Positions 26,856-35,351 of a DNA stretch of 64,000 nucleotides are shown here, piece by piece. The position numbers and the translations under genes were made by a program. The notes below the pieces were generated by a model. It was not told the origin of the DNA. It ran no database searches and worked only from the letters and a program-made list of their open reading frames with translations. The stretch lies in the IMG/VR virus record IMGVR_UViG_3300020394_000003, positions 1 through 64,000 of that record; one strand, given 5' to 3'. The DNA is from a virus. The first letter of the stretch is position 1, and each line of letters begins with the position of its first letter.

Positions 26856-27107
26856 ATGTGGCAGCTTTGGGAATGGAACGGAAGATATATACAGGGCAAT
26901 TTAGTAAGCAAGCACAAAACCGAAGCTGCCACTATTTCTAAAGCAAAAAAAGTACTAGGCGAAGATATAAGATTAACAAAAGAAGAAAAAAAGAAGGAAA
27001 CAATAATTTGGATTGATAGTTCTGAAGGAGTTCCAGTAGGGCTCATCAGAAAACCCAAGGGGGCGCAACGGCTTCGACAGGGTAAGAAAGAGAAAGAGTG
27101 CAAGTAG
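26856..27107 (+). CDS. hypothetical protein overlapping the tmRNA 5' end
   Basis: 83-aa ORF; last 49 nt lie inside the tmRNA. Confidence 0.55.
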   Translation: MWQLWEWNGRYIQGNLVSKHKTEAATISKAKKVLGEDIRLTKEEKKKETIIWIDSSEGVPVGLIRKPKGAQRLRQGKKEKECK

Positions 27108-27390
27108 GTTAGACACGACCTTAACAGTTCAAAAACAATAGTTGCAAATAACAACAACCACTTCGAACAGCGCTTAGCCGCTTAGTAGGGAGGCGGACTA
27201 GGGCCTTCTATCCAATCTAGTCAAAACAACAGATAAGTTGTAAAAATCAAAAAAACTTATCGCAACAGGATGGTAAGCGATATTTTATAACCATCTAGCT
27301 TTTCAGTTAGTGATTAAAACTGAATAAACTTGTGAACGACTTATATTGGACTTATTTTGGACGCGGGTTCGACTCCCGCCGCCTCCACCA
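27059..27390 (+). ncRNA. ssrA: tmRNA, tag ANNNNHFEQRLAA
   Basis: Acceptor GGGGGCG/CGCCTCC with G3-U70, ACCA end, GGCTTCGAC near the 5' end, GCGGG-TTCGACT-CCCGC T arm, tag ORF 27144-27185 ending LAA*. Confidence 0.95.
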
Positions 27391-27408
27391 AATTAATTTA
27401 AAAAAAAC

Positions 27409-27437
27409 TTGACTTAAGTGTTAAGATAAGTTATATT
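27409..27437 (+). promoter_or_regulatory. sigma70-type promoter
   Basis: TTGACT-17nt-TATATT. Confidence 0.65.
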
Positions 27438-27466
27438 AAAACAACAACTAAAAGGAGATCTTAATA

Positions 27467-27580
27467 ATGAGATATGTTGTACCCATCCTAGCCTGCGTGT
27501 TTGCTTGTGCATGTGGCGATAAGGATTCAGATGATACAGGCACCGATACCGCTGCAACGGATACTGCAGCTGAAGAGTAG
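27467..27580 (+). CDS. small lipoprotein (37 aa)
   Basis: AAGGAG RBS; MRYVVPILACVFACACGDKDSDDTGTDTAATDTAAEE, lipobox-like. Confidence 0.7.
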   Translation: MRYVVPILACVFACACGDKDSDDTGTDTAATDTAAEE

Positions 27581-27593
27581 ATAGGATAAAATT

Positions 27594-28058
27594 ATGAAGA
27601 CTGTTACACCAAATAGTACTGTTACGGTACACTACAAGGGAACCCTTAACGACGGAACTGTTTTTGATGACTCCAATGTTAGAGGATCGGCAATCGAAGT
27701 TGTAATGGGAACTGGCAGAGTAATTCCCGGTTTTGAAAATGCACTAGTAGGAATGACCGAAGGTCAAAGCAAGAATGTTACAATTTCTGCTGCAGAAGCC
27801 TATGGTCCAACTAATCCTGATGCAATTCAGGCAGTGCCGCGCACCGCATTTCCCCCTGACTTTACTCCCACGCCCGGGGAGACTGTACAGGGCACTTCTG
27901 AAACTGGCCAGCCGCTAGTAGCTAGAGTTGTCGAGCATGACGACAGTAGCGTTACTTTGGATTTTAATCATCCTCTTGCTGGCGAAGATCTTACATTTGA
28001 TCTTGAAGTAGTGGGAATTGAACAAGAAGTCGCAACAGAGAACAACGAAGAAGAGTAA
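27594..28058 (+). CDS. FKBP-type peptidyl-prolyl isomerase (SlyD/FkpB-like)
   Basis: VHYKGTL.DGTVFD, IPGFE.AL.GM, AYG, DFNHPLAG.DL.F. Confidence 0.93.
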   Translation: MKTVTPNSTVTVHYKGTLNDGTVFDDSNVRGSAIEVVMGTGRVIPGFENALVGMTEGQSKNVTISAAEAYGPTNPDAIQAVPRTAFPPDFTPTPGETVQGTSETGQPLVARVVEHDDSSVTLDFNHPLAGEDLTFDLEVVGIEQEVATENNEEE

Positions 28059-28312
28059 TGTCGGATTCTGAAAAAGAATTCGTTCAAGCGGTCGGCGCCG
28101 CAGTAGCTAAGAGCATTTTATATATTTGCTTGACTGTTACTGCGGCGCTTTGTCTTTATGAAAGACGTTTAAACCCGAAAATGATTGAACAGTGTGAAGA
28201 ATCTTGTAGTGGCACAAATACTCACATGGAATCGGTAACTTATACTAAGTGCGAGTGTGCTCCGCTAGGCGATATAAGTAAGGAACAAAATATTTGGGCT
28301 CTACCACGATAG
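28058..28312 (+). CDS. small Cys-rich membrane-anchored protein
   Basis: TM segment followed by CEESC...CEC. Confidence 0.6.
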   Translation: MSDSEKEFVQAVGAAVAKSILYICLTVTAALCLYERRLNPKMIEQCEESCSGTNTHMESVTYTKCECAPLGDISKEQNIWALPR

Positions 28313-28385
28313 GTCAGTAAAGCTGCAGTTTGTTTAACAAGGAACTAATTACAACGTCTATAGTAATAGACAGGAGGAAATTAAT

Positions 28386-28520
28386 ATGTTAGGTAAACTT
28401 AGAGATGGCGCACTTTGCGCTTGGGCAGACCTTATGGGTGGAGAACACCGTTGGTGCGTCCGCGGAGCACTTGCAGTAGGCCTTGTTGCCGGCTGGTGTC
28501 TTGGCGCGCTTGCCTGCTAA
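28386..28520 (+). CDS. small hydrophobic protein (44 aa)
   Basis: CAGGAGG RBS with ACTAATTA upstream; MLGKLRDGALCAWADL...GLVAGWCLGALAC. Confidence 0.65.
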   Translation: MLGKLRDGALCAWADLMGGEHRWCVRGALAVGLVAGWCLGALAC

Positions 28521-28626
28521 AACATAGTAATACAATGGCGTCCCTAGTACACTAGGTGGTAAGAACAAGCTTGTGGTAAGTTGTTCATATATTGAAAAAA
28601 AAATCATTTTGTGTTAATATTTATAT

Positions 28627-28908
28627 ATGGAAACAAGATGGAAGTACGGAATGATCAAGGTGGCGGAAGAATTTGATCTTGAAACAAATGAATTTTTAGA
28701 TGATATTTGTGAATTAGTAGAATTATATGAAGATATAGAAGGTAATTGGTCATCTTTCTGTCGCCCGTCACTGACCTCACCAGAAAACTTAAGTGTAGCA
28801 ATGGTAGAGGTTATGAAAGATGGAATTAATACATGGTTTTGGGAAAATGGCACGTTTAGATGGTCAATGGAAAACAGGTTCTGGGAATGGACCCCGGCAA
28901 CTAACTAA
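28627..28908 (+). CDS. hypothetical protein
   Basis: 93-aa ORF. Confidence 0.65.
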   Translation: METRWKYGMIKVAEEFDLETNEFLDDICELVELYEDIEGNWSSFCRPSLTSPENLSVAMVEVMKDGINTWFWENGTFRWSMENRFWEWTPATN

Positions 28909-29095
28909 AAAAGAACTAGCTGGTTTAACCGTCGTAGTAGTTCATATTGGGCTTATATTATTTTTTGTGTCATGTATATCTTCATTAACAAAATGGTATA
29001 AAAAAATTAGCGCTAGTATGAAAAATAGGTTAAAATCTAAACATAAAGTTGATATAATTGATGTAGAATACGAAGAGGTGACAAATGAGCAATGA
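28820..29095 (+). CDS. hypothetical membrane protein
   Basis: TM segment and IIDVEYEE tail; start uncertain. Confidence 0.5.
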   Translation: MELIHGFGKMARLDGQWKTGSGNGPRQLTKKELAGLTVVVVHIGLILFFVSCISSLTKWYKKISASMKNRLKSKHKVDIIDVEYEEVTNEQ

Positions 29096-29330
29096 TGAAG
29101 AAAAAGAACTAGGGGATTCACCCCAGTTTTATATTTTAGGATTTCACAAAGAGCCTGATTCTGACGAGGTTCGAATTGACTATCAGGTAACCGAAGAATT
29201 TAAAAAATGGTATAAATCAAAGAATAATCTTAAAAGATGGTCACGCAAGCATTTTGAAAAAAAACTTGTTGAGTTGGTAGGAAATGACATCAGATCACAG
29301 TTGAAAAAAAACAAAACAATCCAAAAATAG
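29085..29330 (+). CDS. hypothetical protein
   Basis: GAGGTG RBS. Confidence 0.65.
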   Translation: MSNDEEKELGDSPQFYILGFHKEPDSDEVRIDYQVTEEFKKWYKSKNNLKRWSRKHFEKKLVELVGNDIRSQLKKNKTIQK

Positions 29331-29359
29331 TTGACTCAGACCTTGCCATGTGGTATATT
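29331..29359 (+). promoter_or_regulatory. sigma70-type promoter for tRNA-Ile
   Basis: TTGACT-17nt-TATATT with TG extension. Confidence 0.75.
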
Positions 29360-29371
29360 ATATAAAGATGA

Positions 29372-29447
29372 TGGCCGGTAGCTCAGTGGTCAGAGCAGTC
29401 GTCTTATATGCGATTGGTCGTGGGTTCAATCCCCACCCGGCCGACCA
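29372..29447 (+). tRNA. tRNA-Ile(UAU)
   Basis: Cloverleaf; anticodon loop CTTATAT; discriminator A; CCA. Confidence 0.9.
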
Positions 29448-29468
29448 AAACTAGGTGTGGTAAAAAAA

Positions 29469-30317
29469 ATGAAAAATATTATACTTTTTGACATGGATGG
29501 CACCTTAACAGAGCCGAGACAAACAATTGAAGAACCAATGATCCATCAATTGATGGAAGTGCTTCGATTAGGGCATGATGTTGGAGTGGTTACAGGCTCT
29601 CCCGAAAAATATGTTTTTGAACAAATTGGTAGCTTTATCGAAAGATATCAAGACACTAGCAAAGGAACTAATGTAAATAGCAGATTGCATATTATGCCTT
29701 GCAATGGTACCCAATACTCATATTACGTGGGAAAGTATAGAAGTGAAATAGTCCCAGAAAATATGATAGATGAACTTGGAGAGAATAATTTTTATGATTT
29801 AACAGCAGCTTTGGTATCTTTGCAGGCAGAAGTACTAGGTCAGCTGAAGTTAAATAATTTGGCTCTTACTGGAGATTTTATTCAGTATAGAGGTTCGATG
29901 ATTAATTGGAGTCCAATCGGTCGAAACGCAAATACATTACAAAGAAAAGAATTTGTTAAATATGATCTTAGAACAAATTTTCGTAATGTATACAAAAGTG
30001 TGCTAGAGGGCTGGCTAGTACATAAAAAAATGCAGGATCAAATTACAGTAGCATTAGGTGGTTCAACCTCCTTTGATGTCTATCCAAAAGGATGGGACAA
30101 GACTTATGCTATGAGTTGGTTTGCTGCTCCACTAGCTGGTAAAGAATATCAGTGTTGGTTTATTGGTGATAAGTGCCAGCCCGGGGGTAATGACTACCAT
30201 TTATATGAATTGTTAGAACCTCATGGTCGAGGTTTTGAAACAAAGAACCCTGAAGAGACTATCGAAATCGTAAAAAATATTTTATCAATTTTAAGCCCCG
30301 ATAGCTCAGCTGGATAG
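29469..30317 (+). CDS. eukaryote-type (HAD IIB) phosphomannomutase
   Basis: FDMDGTLT, RGSMINWSPIGRNA, GGSTSFDVYPKGWDKTY, GDKCQPGGNDY. Confidence 0.9.
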   Translation: MKNIILFDMDGTLTEPRQTIEEPMIHQLMEVLRLGHDVGVVTGSPEKYVFEQIGSFIERYQDTSKGTNVNSRLHIMPCNGTQYSYYVGKYRSEIVPENMIDELGENNFYDLTAALVSLQAEVLGQLKLNNLALTGDFIQYRGSMINWSPIGRNANTLQRKEFVKYDLRTNFRNVYKSVLEGWLVHKKMQDQITVALGGSTSFDVYPKGWDKTYAMSWFAAPLAGKEYQCWFIGDKCQPGGNDYHLYELLEPHGRGFETKNPEETIEIVKNILSILSPDSSAG

Positions 30318-30371
30318 AGCAACGGCCTTCTAAGCCGTGGGCCGCAGGTTCGAATCCTGCTCGGGGTACCA
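30295..30371 (+). tRNA. tRNA-Arg(UCU)
   Basis: Cloverleaf; loop CTTCTAA; CCA. Confidence 0.95.
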
Positions 30372-30447
30372 TTCACAACTAGTAAAAGGAACAAACGTGG
30401 GTTATCATTATGGAGACTTTTTAGGTCTAGGGAGGAATAATAGAGAA

Positions 30448-30909
30448 ATGACAAGAACGCCTTATGATACAGTTATGGTTAGTGGTGGGTTTGACCCCAT
30501 CCATATTGGTCATGTAAGAATGATTCAAGATGCTGCAAGAGAATTTGGAAATGTAATTGTGGCAGTAAATTCAGACGATTGGCTTTTGCGTAAAAAAGGG
30601 TATGTATTTATGCCTTGGGAAGAGCGCGCCGAAATCGTTAGAGCAATTACGGGAGTGACAAAAGTTGTCGCTTTTGACGATTCTGATAATACGGCCTGCG
30701 ATGCTATTAGGAAACATCGACCAACATACTTCGCAAACGGAGGAGATCGCACAACTGACAACACCCCAGAGCAAGACGTATGTCAAGAACTCGATATTGA
30801 AATGGTATGGGGTGTCGGCGGTGGAAAAATTCAAAGTAGCAGTGATCTAGTAAACGATTCATCAGGCCATTTATTAGATAAGAAACAAAATTGGCCTAAC
30901 GGAGTATAG
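30448..30909 (+). CDS. cytidylyltransferase-like protein (RfaE/TagD family)
   Basis: SGGFDPIHIGH, FANGGDR, KIQSSS; GGAGG RBS before ATG 30448. Confidence 0.9.
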   Translation: MTRTPYDTVMVSGGFDPIHIGHVRMIQDAAREFGNVIVAVNSDDWLLRKKGYVFMPWEERAEIVRAITGVTKVVAFDDSDNTACDAIRKHRPTYFANGGDRTTDNTPEQDVCQELDIEMVWGVGGGKIQSSSDLVNDSSGHLLDKKQNWPNGV

Positions 30910-30927
30910 AGAGAACTATATACTAGT

Positions 30928-31218
30928 ATGGAATACATGCCAGTATATCAATATATATTTGAAACAGAGTTTGAAAAATATCACTACTATTTTTCATATA
31001 ATGCGAAACCTGCGGATGTCATGGAAATATGTAGCCAAATTTTTGATGGCAGAGCAGATTTGTATGATATATTTCCTGAACCACATTCTAAAAAGGGAGA
31101 GTTAAAAGAACCATTAAAACTTATAAACAGCCTAGGTAAAGAAATGTATTTACCAACTGGCTTTAATGTTGAAATAATAAGTAAATATCGATTATTGTTT
31201 CAATATAATGATGGATAA
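30928..31218 (+). CDS. hypothetical protein
   Basis: ORF preceded by ACTATATA. Confidence 0.55.
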   Translation: MEYMPVYQYIFETEFEKYHYYFSYNAKPADVMEICSQIFDGRADLYDIFPEPHSKKGELKEPLKLINSLGKEMYLPTGFNVEIISKYRLLFQYNDG

Positions 31219-31224
31219 TGATAT

Positions 31225-31300
31225 GCCGCTTTAGCTCAGTTGGTAGAGCAACGGTTTTGTAAACCGTAGGTCAACAGTTCAAGTCTGTTAAGCGGCTCCA
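31225..31300 (+). tRNA. tRNA-Thr(UGU)
   Basis: Cloverleaf; loop TTTGTAA; CCA. Confidence 0.93.
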
Positions 31301-31356
31301 CATTAAAAAATGATTTTACATCTAAATATAAATGAGACTTTTGTCTCATAAGAGGT

Positions 31357-31953
31357 GTGAAAATGAAAACATTATTTAGTGTATTACTTATTTGGCTCGC
31401 AGCATGCGGACCTGCAGAATTAGAAACTTTAGAAGAGATTGAAAATGAAAAAATTGAAGAAGTTAACACAACAGTGGGTTTTATTCAAACTAGCGATTGT
31501 GGATGGATGCTAGGAGAAAAAGCCTGTGATTTTCAACTACCAGATCAAAATGAAGAATTGTGGAGATTATCTTCTGAAGAAGGAGATTTGATTTTACTAG
31601 ACTTTTCAGCAATGTGGTGCGGACCTTGTAATATGGCGGCACAGACAGTACAGCATGTGCAAGAACTATATGAAGATCGCGGTTTTCAATACGTAACAGT
31701 ATTGATTGCTGACTCGCAAAATAGCACTGTTGAAAAAGAAGATGTTGATTCATGGAATTTAATGCATTCAATTGAAACAGCGCCAGTCTTGCGCGGTGAT
31801 AGAGCCATGTTGTACAGTCCAACTGTAACGCATGGCTTTCCTGTTTCTAGTTGGCCAACATTTGTTCTTATTGATCGTGCTGGAAATGTTGTTTATGGAC
31901 TACACGGATATAATGAAGCTTATATCCTTGAAGAAATTGAAGCAAATTTATAA
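31357..31953 (+). CDS. TlpA/redoxin family lipoprotein
   Basis: Lipobox LAAC; DFSAMWCGPC; WPTFVLID..G. Confidence 0.88.
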   Translation: MKMKTLFSVLLIWLAACGPAELETLEEIENEKIEEVNTTVGFIQTSDCGWMLGEKACDFQLPDQNEELWRLSSEEGDLILLDFSAMWCGPCNMAAQTVQHVQELYEDRGFQYVTVLIADSQNSTVEKEDVDSWNLMHSIETAPVLRGDRAMLYSPTVTHGFPVSSWPTFVLIDRAGNVVYGLHGYNEAYILEEIEANL

Positions 31954-32036
31954 ATTTATATGTTAACCTGAAAATATACATAAACTGTAGAATTTACTAT
32001 GTATAGATGTACAGTTTTGGAGTGATTCTGTAACTG

Positions 32037-33389
32037 ATGAAAAAGAAAAATTATATTCTCGATACAAGCGTTTATTTAACAAACGCAAGAGCAATTTACG
32101 ACTTTGGAAGAAATGACATTATTATACCTTTAAAGGTATTAGAAGAAGTCGACAAACATAAAAAAAGACAAGACGGTGTTGGCTCACAAGCACGTCAATT
32201 TATTCGAATCTTAGATGCACTGAGAGAAAAAGGTTCATTAAGTAAAGGCGTCCGAATTGATACTGGAAAAGGGCTAGTCAAAGTATATGATCGTGGCGCC
32301 ACAGATGCCTCACTCTTGCCTCCTGACCTAGATCCTAGTGTACCTGACCACATCATCATCGCAACAGCCCTAACAGTAGCTGAACAAGATTCTAGTCGTA
32401 AGAGTATTATGGTCTCGCGTGATATTAACATGCGTGTTATCTGCGATTCAATTGGATTAACAGCAGAAGACTACAATGCAGCAAAAGCTGTTGACGATTT
32501 AGAAAAACTATATTCTGGATTTGATACTTACCTAGTCGATGATCAAACAATTGATAGGTTCTACTCAGGAGAAGATGTTTTTGTAGAAGAGGATGCACAA
32601 GCTCCAGAAAACAAATTCCAACCTAATCAGTATTTATTGTTAGTTTCGAATGCTAACGATAAAAAGACCGCACTAGCAAGATTTATGAATCACAACACAG
32701 CATTAAGAAAGGTTGTGCATGATAAACTGCCATCTTGGGGAATTCAATCTAGAAACAAAGAACAGGCATTTGCAATTGATCTTTTAATGGACCCGACGGT
32801 AGAGGTTGTTTCTTTAATTGGAAAAGCCGGCTCTGGAAAAACTCTGTGCGCTATTGCTGCTGGAATGGAACAGACACTAGGAACCAGCCTTAAAGCAGGC
32901 AAAAATAGTTTATATTCTAGAATGATTGTATCTAGACCAATTATGCCAATGGGTAGAGATATTGGTTTTCTTCCCGGCACAATGGAAGAAAAGATGCATC
33001 CATGGCTAATGCCAATTCAAGACAATCTTCAATTTCTCATGGGAAATGATAAGACCATGCTAGAGCAATACACTGAAAAGGGCTTGATTGAGATTGAAGC
33101 ACTAACTTATATTAGAGGGCGATCAATTTCTAATGCGTATATAATTATTGATGAGGCGCAGAACTTGACTGCGCATGAAATTAAAACAATTATTACTCGC
33201 GCCGGCGAGGGCACCAAGATCGTCTTAACAGGAGATATTGAACAGATTGATAATGCTTACACTGACGAAACGTCAAATGGCTTAGCCTATGCTATTGAAA
33301 AGTTTAAGTATTATGAAGTTTCGGGCCATATTACACTGCAAAAGGGAGAGCGCTCTAGAGTTGCCACGCTAGCTGCTAAGATTCTATAA
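32037..33389 (+). CDS. phoH: PhoH family ATPase with N-terminal PIN domain
   Basis: ILDTSV PIN start, GKAGSGKT, FLPG, RGRS, IIDEAQN, GDIEQID. Confidence 0.95.
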   Translation: MKKKNYILDTSVYLTNARAIYDFGRNDIIIPLKVLEEVDKHKKRQDGVGSQARQFIRILDALREKGSLSKGVRIDTGKGLVKVYDRGATDASLLPPDLDPSVPDHIIIATALTVAEQDSSRKSIMVSRDINMRVICDSIGLTAEDYNAAKAVDDLEKLYSGFDTYLVDDQTIDRFYSGEDVFVEEDAQAPENKFQPNQYLLLVSNANDKKTALARFMNHNTALRKVVHDKLPSWGIQSRNKEQAFAIDLLMDPTVEVVSLIGKAGSGKTLCAIAAGMEQTLGTSLKAGKNSLYSRMIVSRPIMPMGRDIGFLPGTMEEKMHPWLMPIQDNLQFLMGNDKTMLEQYTEKGLIEIEALTYIRGRSISNAYIIIDEAQNLTAHEIKTIITRAGEGTKIVLTGDIEQIDNAYTDETSNGLAYAIEKFKYYEVSGHITLQKGERSRVATLAAKIL

Positions 33390-33404
33390 GGCAGGAATAG
33401 AACA

Positions 33405-33902
33405 TTGGAAATCAAAGTAGCTTTTTATAGAGGCAAAGGAAGTTGGAAAAATAGATTAATTCGATGGTGGACAAAAAGCCCATACAGTCACGCAGAACTG
33501 GTAATGCCAGATGATATTACATGGGTGAGTATTTCACCATTTCTCACCGCTACAGTTTCTGCACGCTCAAAATACGAAATAAAAAATTTAAACGATTGGG
33601 ACTTTATTAGTTTTCAGCTAAGCTGGAGAGAACCAGTCAGAGATTATCAAATTAAGCAACTCAATAATTTTATAGACGACACAAGTGGAGCTAAATACGA
33701 TTGGACAGGAATGATTTTATCACAAATATTTCCTTATCTAATAAAGCATAGAGATCGATGGTATTGTTCCGAATGGATTGCTCATGCACTTGTAAAAGCT
33801 AGAGTAGTAAGTTGGGAAAAGCTGCAGATTTACAGAACACCAAATTTGTCACCCGGCAAACTTTATGAAATATTGAAAGATTATAAACCAAATTATCAAT
33901 AA
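33405..33902 (+). CDS. permuted papain-like (NlpC/P60) amidase
   Basis: YSHAE, G.KYD, WYCSE. Confidence 0.75.
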   Translation: MEIKVAFYRGKGSWKNRLIRWWTKSPYSHAELVMPDDITWVSISPFLTATVSARSKYEIKNLNDWDFISFQLSWREPVRDYQIKQLNNFIDDTSGAKYDWTGMILSQIFPYLIKHRDRWYCSEWIAHALVKARVVSWEKLQIYRTPNLSPGKLYEILKDYKPNYQ

Positions 33903-33928
33903 CATTTAAATAAAAAGTAAATTTTTAA

Positions 33929-33956
33929 TTGACACTGGGTTATAATATGTTATACT
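33929..33956 (+). promoter_or_regulatory. sigma70-type promoter
   Basis: TTGACA-16nt-TATACT. Confidence 0.55.
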
Positions 33957-33973
33957 TTAATAGGAGTAAAAAT

Positions 33974-34297
33974 ATGAATGATCAACCTGAAGCAAAGATT
34001 CAATCAATTTCTTTAGAAGAATATCATGCTCATCTAGAAAATGAAGAAGAGTGGGAATCAGGCCCGCTTAAAGACGTATTGTTGGAATATGTTGGCCAAT
34101 CAAAAGATAGTGAAGAGATTACAGTTGAGATGATTGTAGAAACTATGGCTGATGAGTTTCCTGAGTTTTTGATGGCTGTGGCCGAAGAAAATTGGATTCG
34201 TGGATATCGACAAGCTATTCATGACATTGATCAAGGCCAGCGAATGCTAGCTGAACAAGCTGCTGAATCTGGCGAAACAGCAGAAGCCGATGTCTGA
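33974..34297 (+). CDS. hypothetical protein
   Basis: AGGAG RBS before ATG 33974. Confidence 0.75.
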   Translation: MNDQPEAKIQSISLEEYHAHLENEEEWESGPLKDVLLEYVGQSKDSEEITVEMIVETMADEFPEFLMAVAEENWIRGYRQAIHDIDQGQRMLAEQAAESGETAEADV

Positions 34298-35003
34298 TTT
34301 AGAAAAGCAAGATTTACGAGAGTATGTGAAAAGTTCAGCGGTGCTGTCAGAAAAAAATAGAAGAGAATATACACTGTATGGACATGTTTACGTATATATT
34401 CAAGATTTTTTACCTGAACATGTTGATATAGTAAAAGTGCTAGAAATGATCGAAAATACAATTCCTGCACACCTAGTGAACGAAGTAGATACGATCTTTG
34501 TTGGTGACTATCAAGAGCTTAACAACGGTTCGTTTACGGCAATGTATGACTCAGGAGCGATTTACGTTTCCAATGAACAGACAGACGAAAGCGATATGGT
34601 GGATGACATTATTCATGAGATTGCACACTCGCTGGAACATCCGTATGGTTGGTATATTTACTCAGACGAAATGCTAGAAAAGGAATTTCTACGAAAAAGA
34701 ATGCAAGCATTTGAAGTATTATATGGACATGAATACGTTGAAAAAAAGCATCGAAATATGTTTATGAACGTAGAATATGATAAAAAACTTGATGATTTCT
34801 TGCATAAAACTGTAGGATATGATAAGCTATTACATCTATTAATGGGAATTTTTATTACGCCATATGCAGCAACATCGTTAAGAGAGTACTTTGCTACAGG
34901 CTTAGAAGATTATTTTATTAATGATAGGGCATACCTAAAAAAAGTTTGCCCAATATTGTATACTAAGATTAATAAACTTACAAAAGGAGATTACGATGAG
35001 TAA
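34290..35003 (+). CDS. HExxH metallopeptidase-like protein
   Basis: IIHEIAH...YA..SLREYFA. Confidence 0.7.
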   Translation: MSDLEKQDLREYVKSSAVLSEKNRREYTLYGHVYVYIQDFLPEHVDIVKVLEMIENTIPAHLVNEVDTIFVGDYQELNNGSFTAMYDSGAIYVSNEQTDESDMVDDIIHEIAHSLEHPYGWYIYSDEMLEKEFLRKRMQAFEVLYGHEYVEKKHRNMFMNVEYDKKLDDFLHKTVGYDKLLHLLMGIFITPYAATSLREYFATGLEDYFINDRAYLKKVCPILYTKINKLTKGDYDE

Positions 35004-35343
35004 TAACAAATATGATTTTGTTCAAGCAAGCGTTGAAGATAATAAAAACGGAACAGTAACAGTAACGGCAAAGGTGCCAGCGTGCAATCCTAGGAAAAAC
35101 ATTCCAATGATTCGTTATGATGCCGATGATGCATTTGCGTTTGCTCAAAAAGTGTTTGGTGAAAACTTAGGTGCGATGGTTGGCAGTAATACGGTCTTGG
35201 AAAATCGTCGATATCCCGATAGACTGCACGGAGAGTGGGTGTTTGAACTCAATAAGCCGTCCTCTACCACTACTAGTAAGCCGAAAACAGCCACTCGTCG
35301 TCGACGTACCCGACGAACTACTAAAAAAAGCACTGCACAGTAG
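34996..35343 (+). CDS. hypothetical protein with a basic tail
   Basis: AAGGAG RBS. Confidence 0.7.
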   Translation: MSNNKYDFVQASVEDNKNGTVTVTAKVPACNPRKNIPMIRYDADDAFAFAQKVFGENLGAMVGSNTVLENRRYPDRLHGEWVFELNKPSSTTTSKPKTATRRRRTRRTTKKSTAQ

Positions 35344-35351
35344 AGAATTAA

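Noticed and set aside
28521-28600. Two small hairpins as a possible tRNA remnant
   Set aside because: No T-loop, acceptor stem or CCA
30337-30447. N-terminal extension of the cytidylyltransferase in the ORF track
   Set aside because: Begins inside tRNA-Arg; ATG 30448 has a GGAGG RBS and directly precedes the domain
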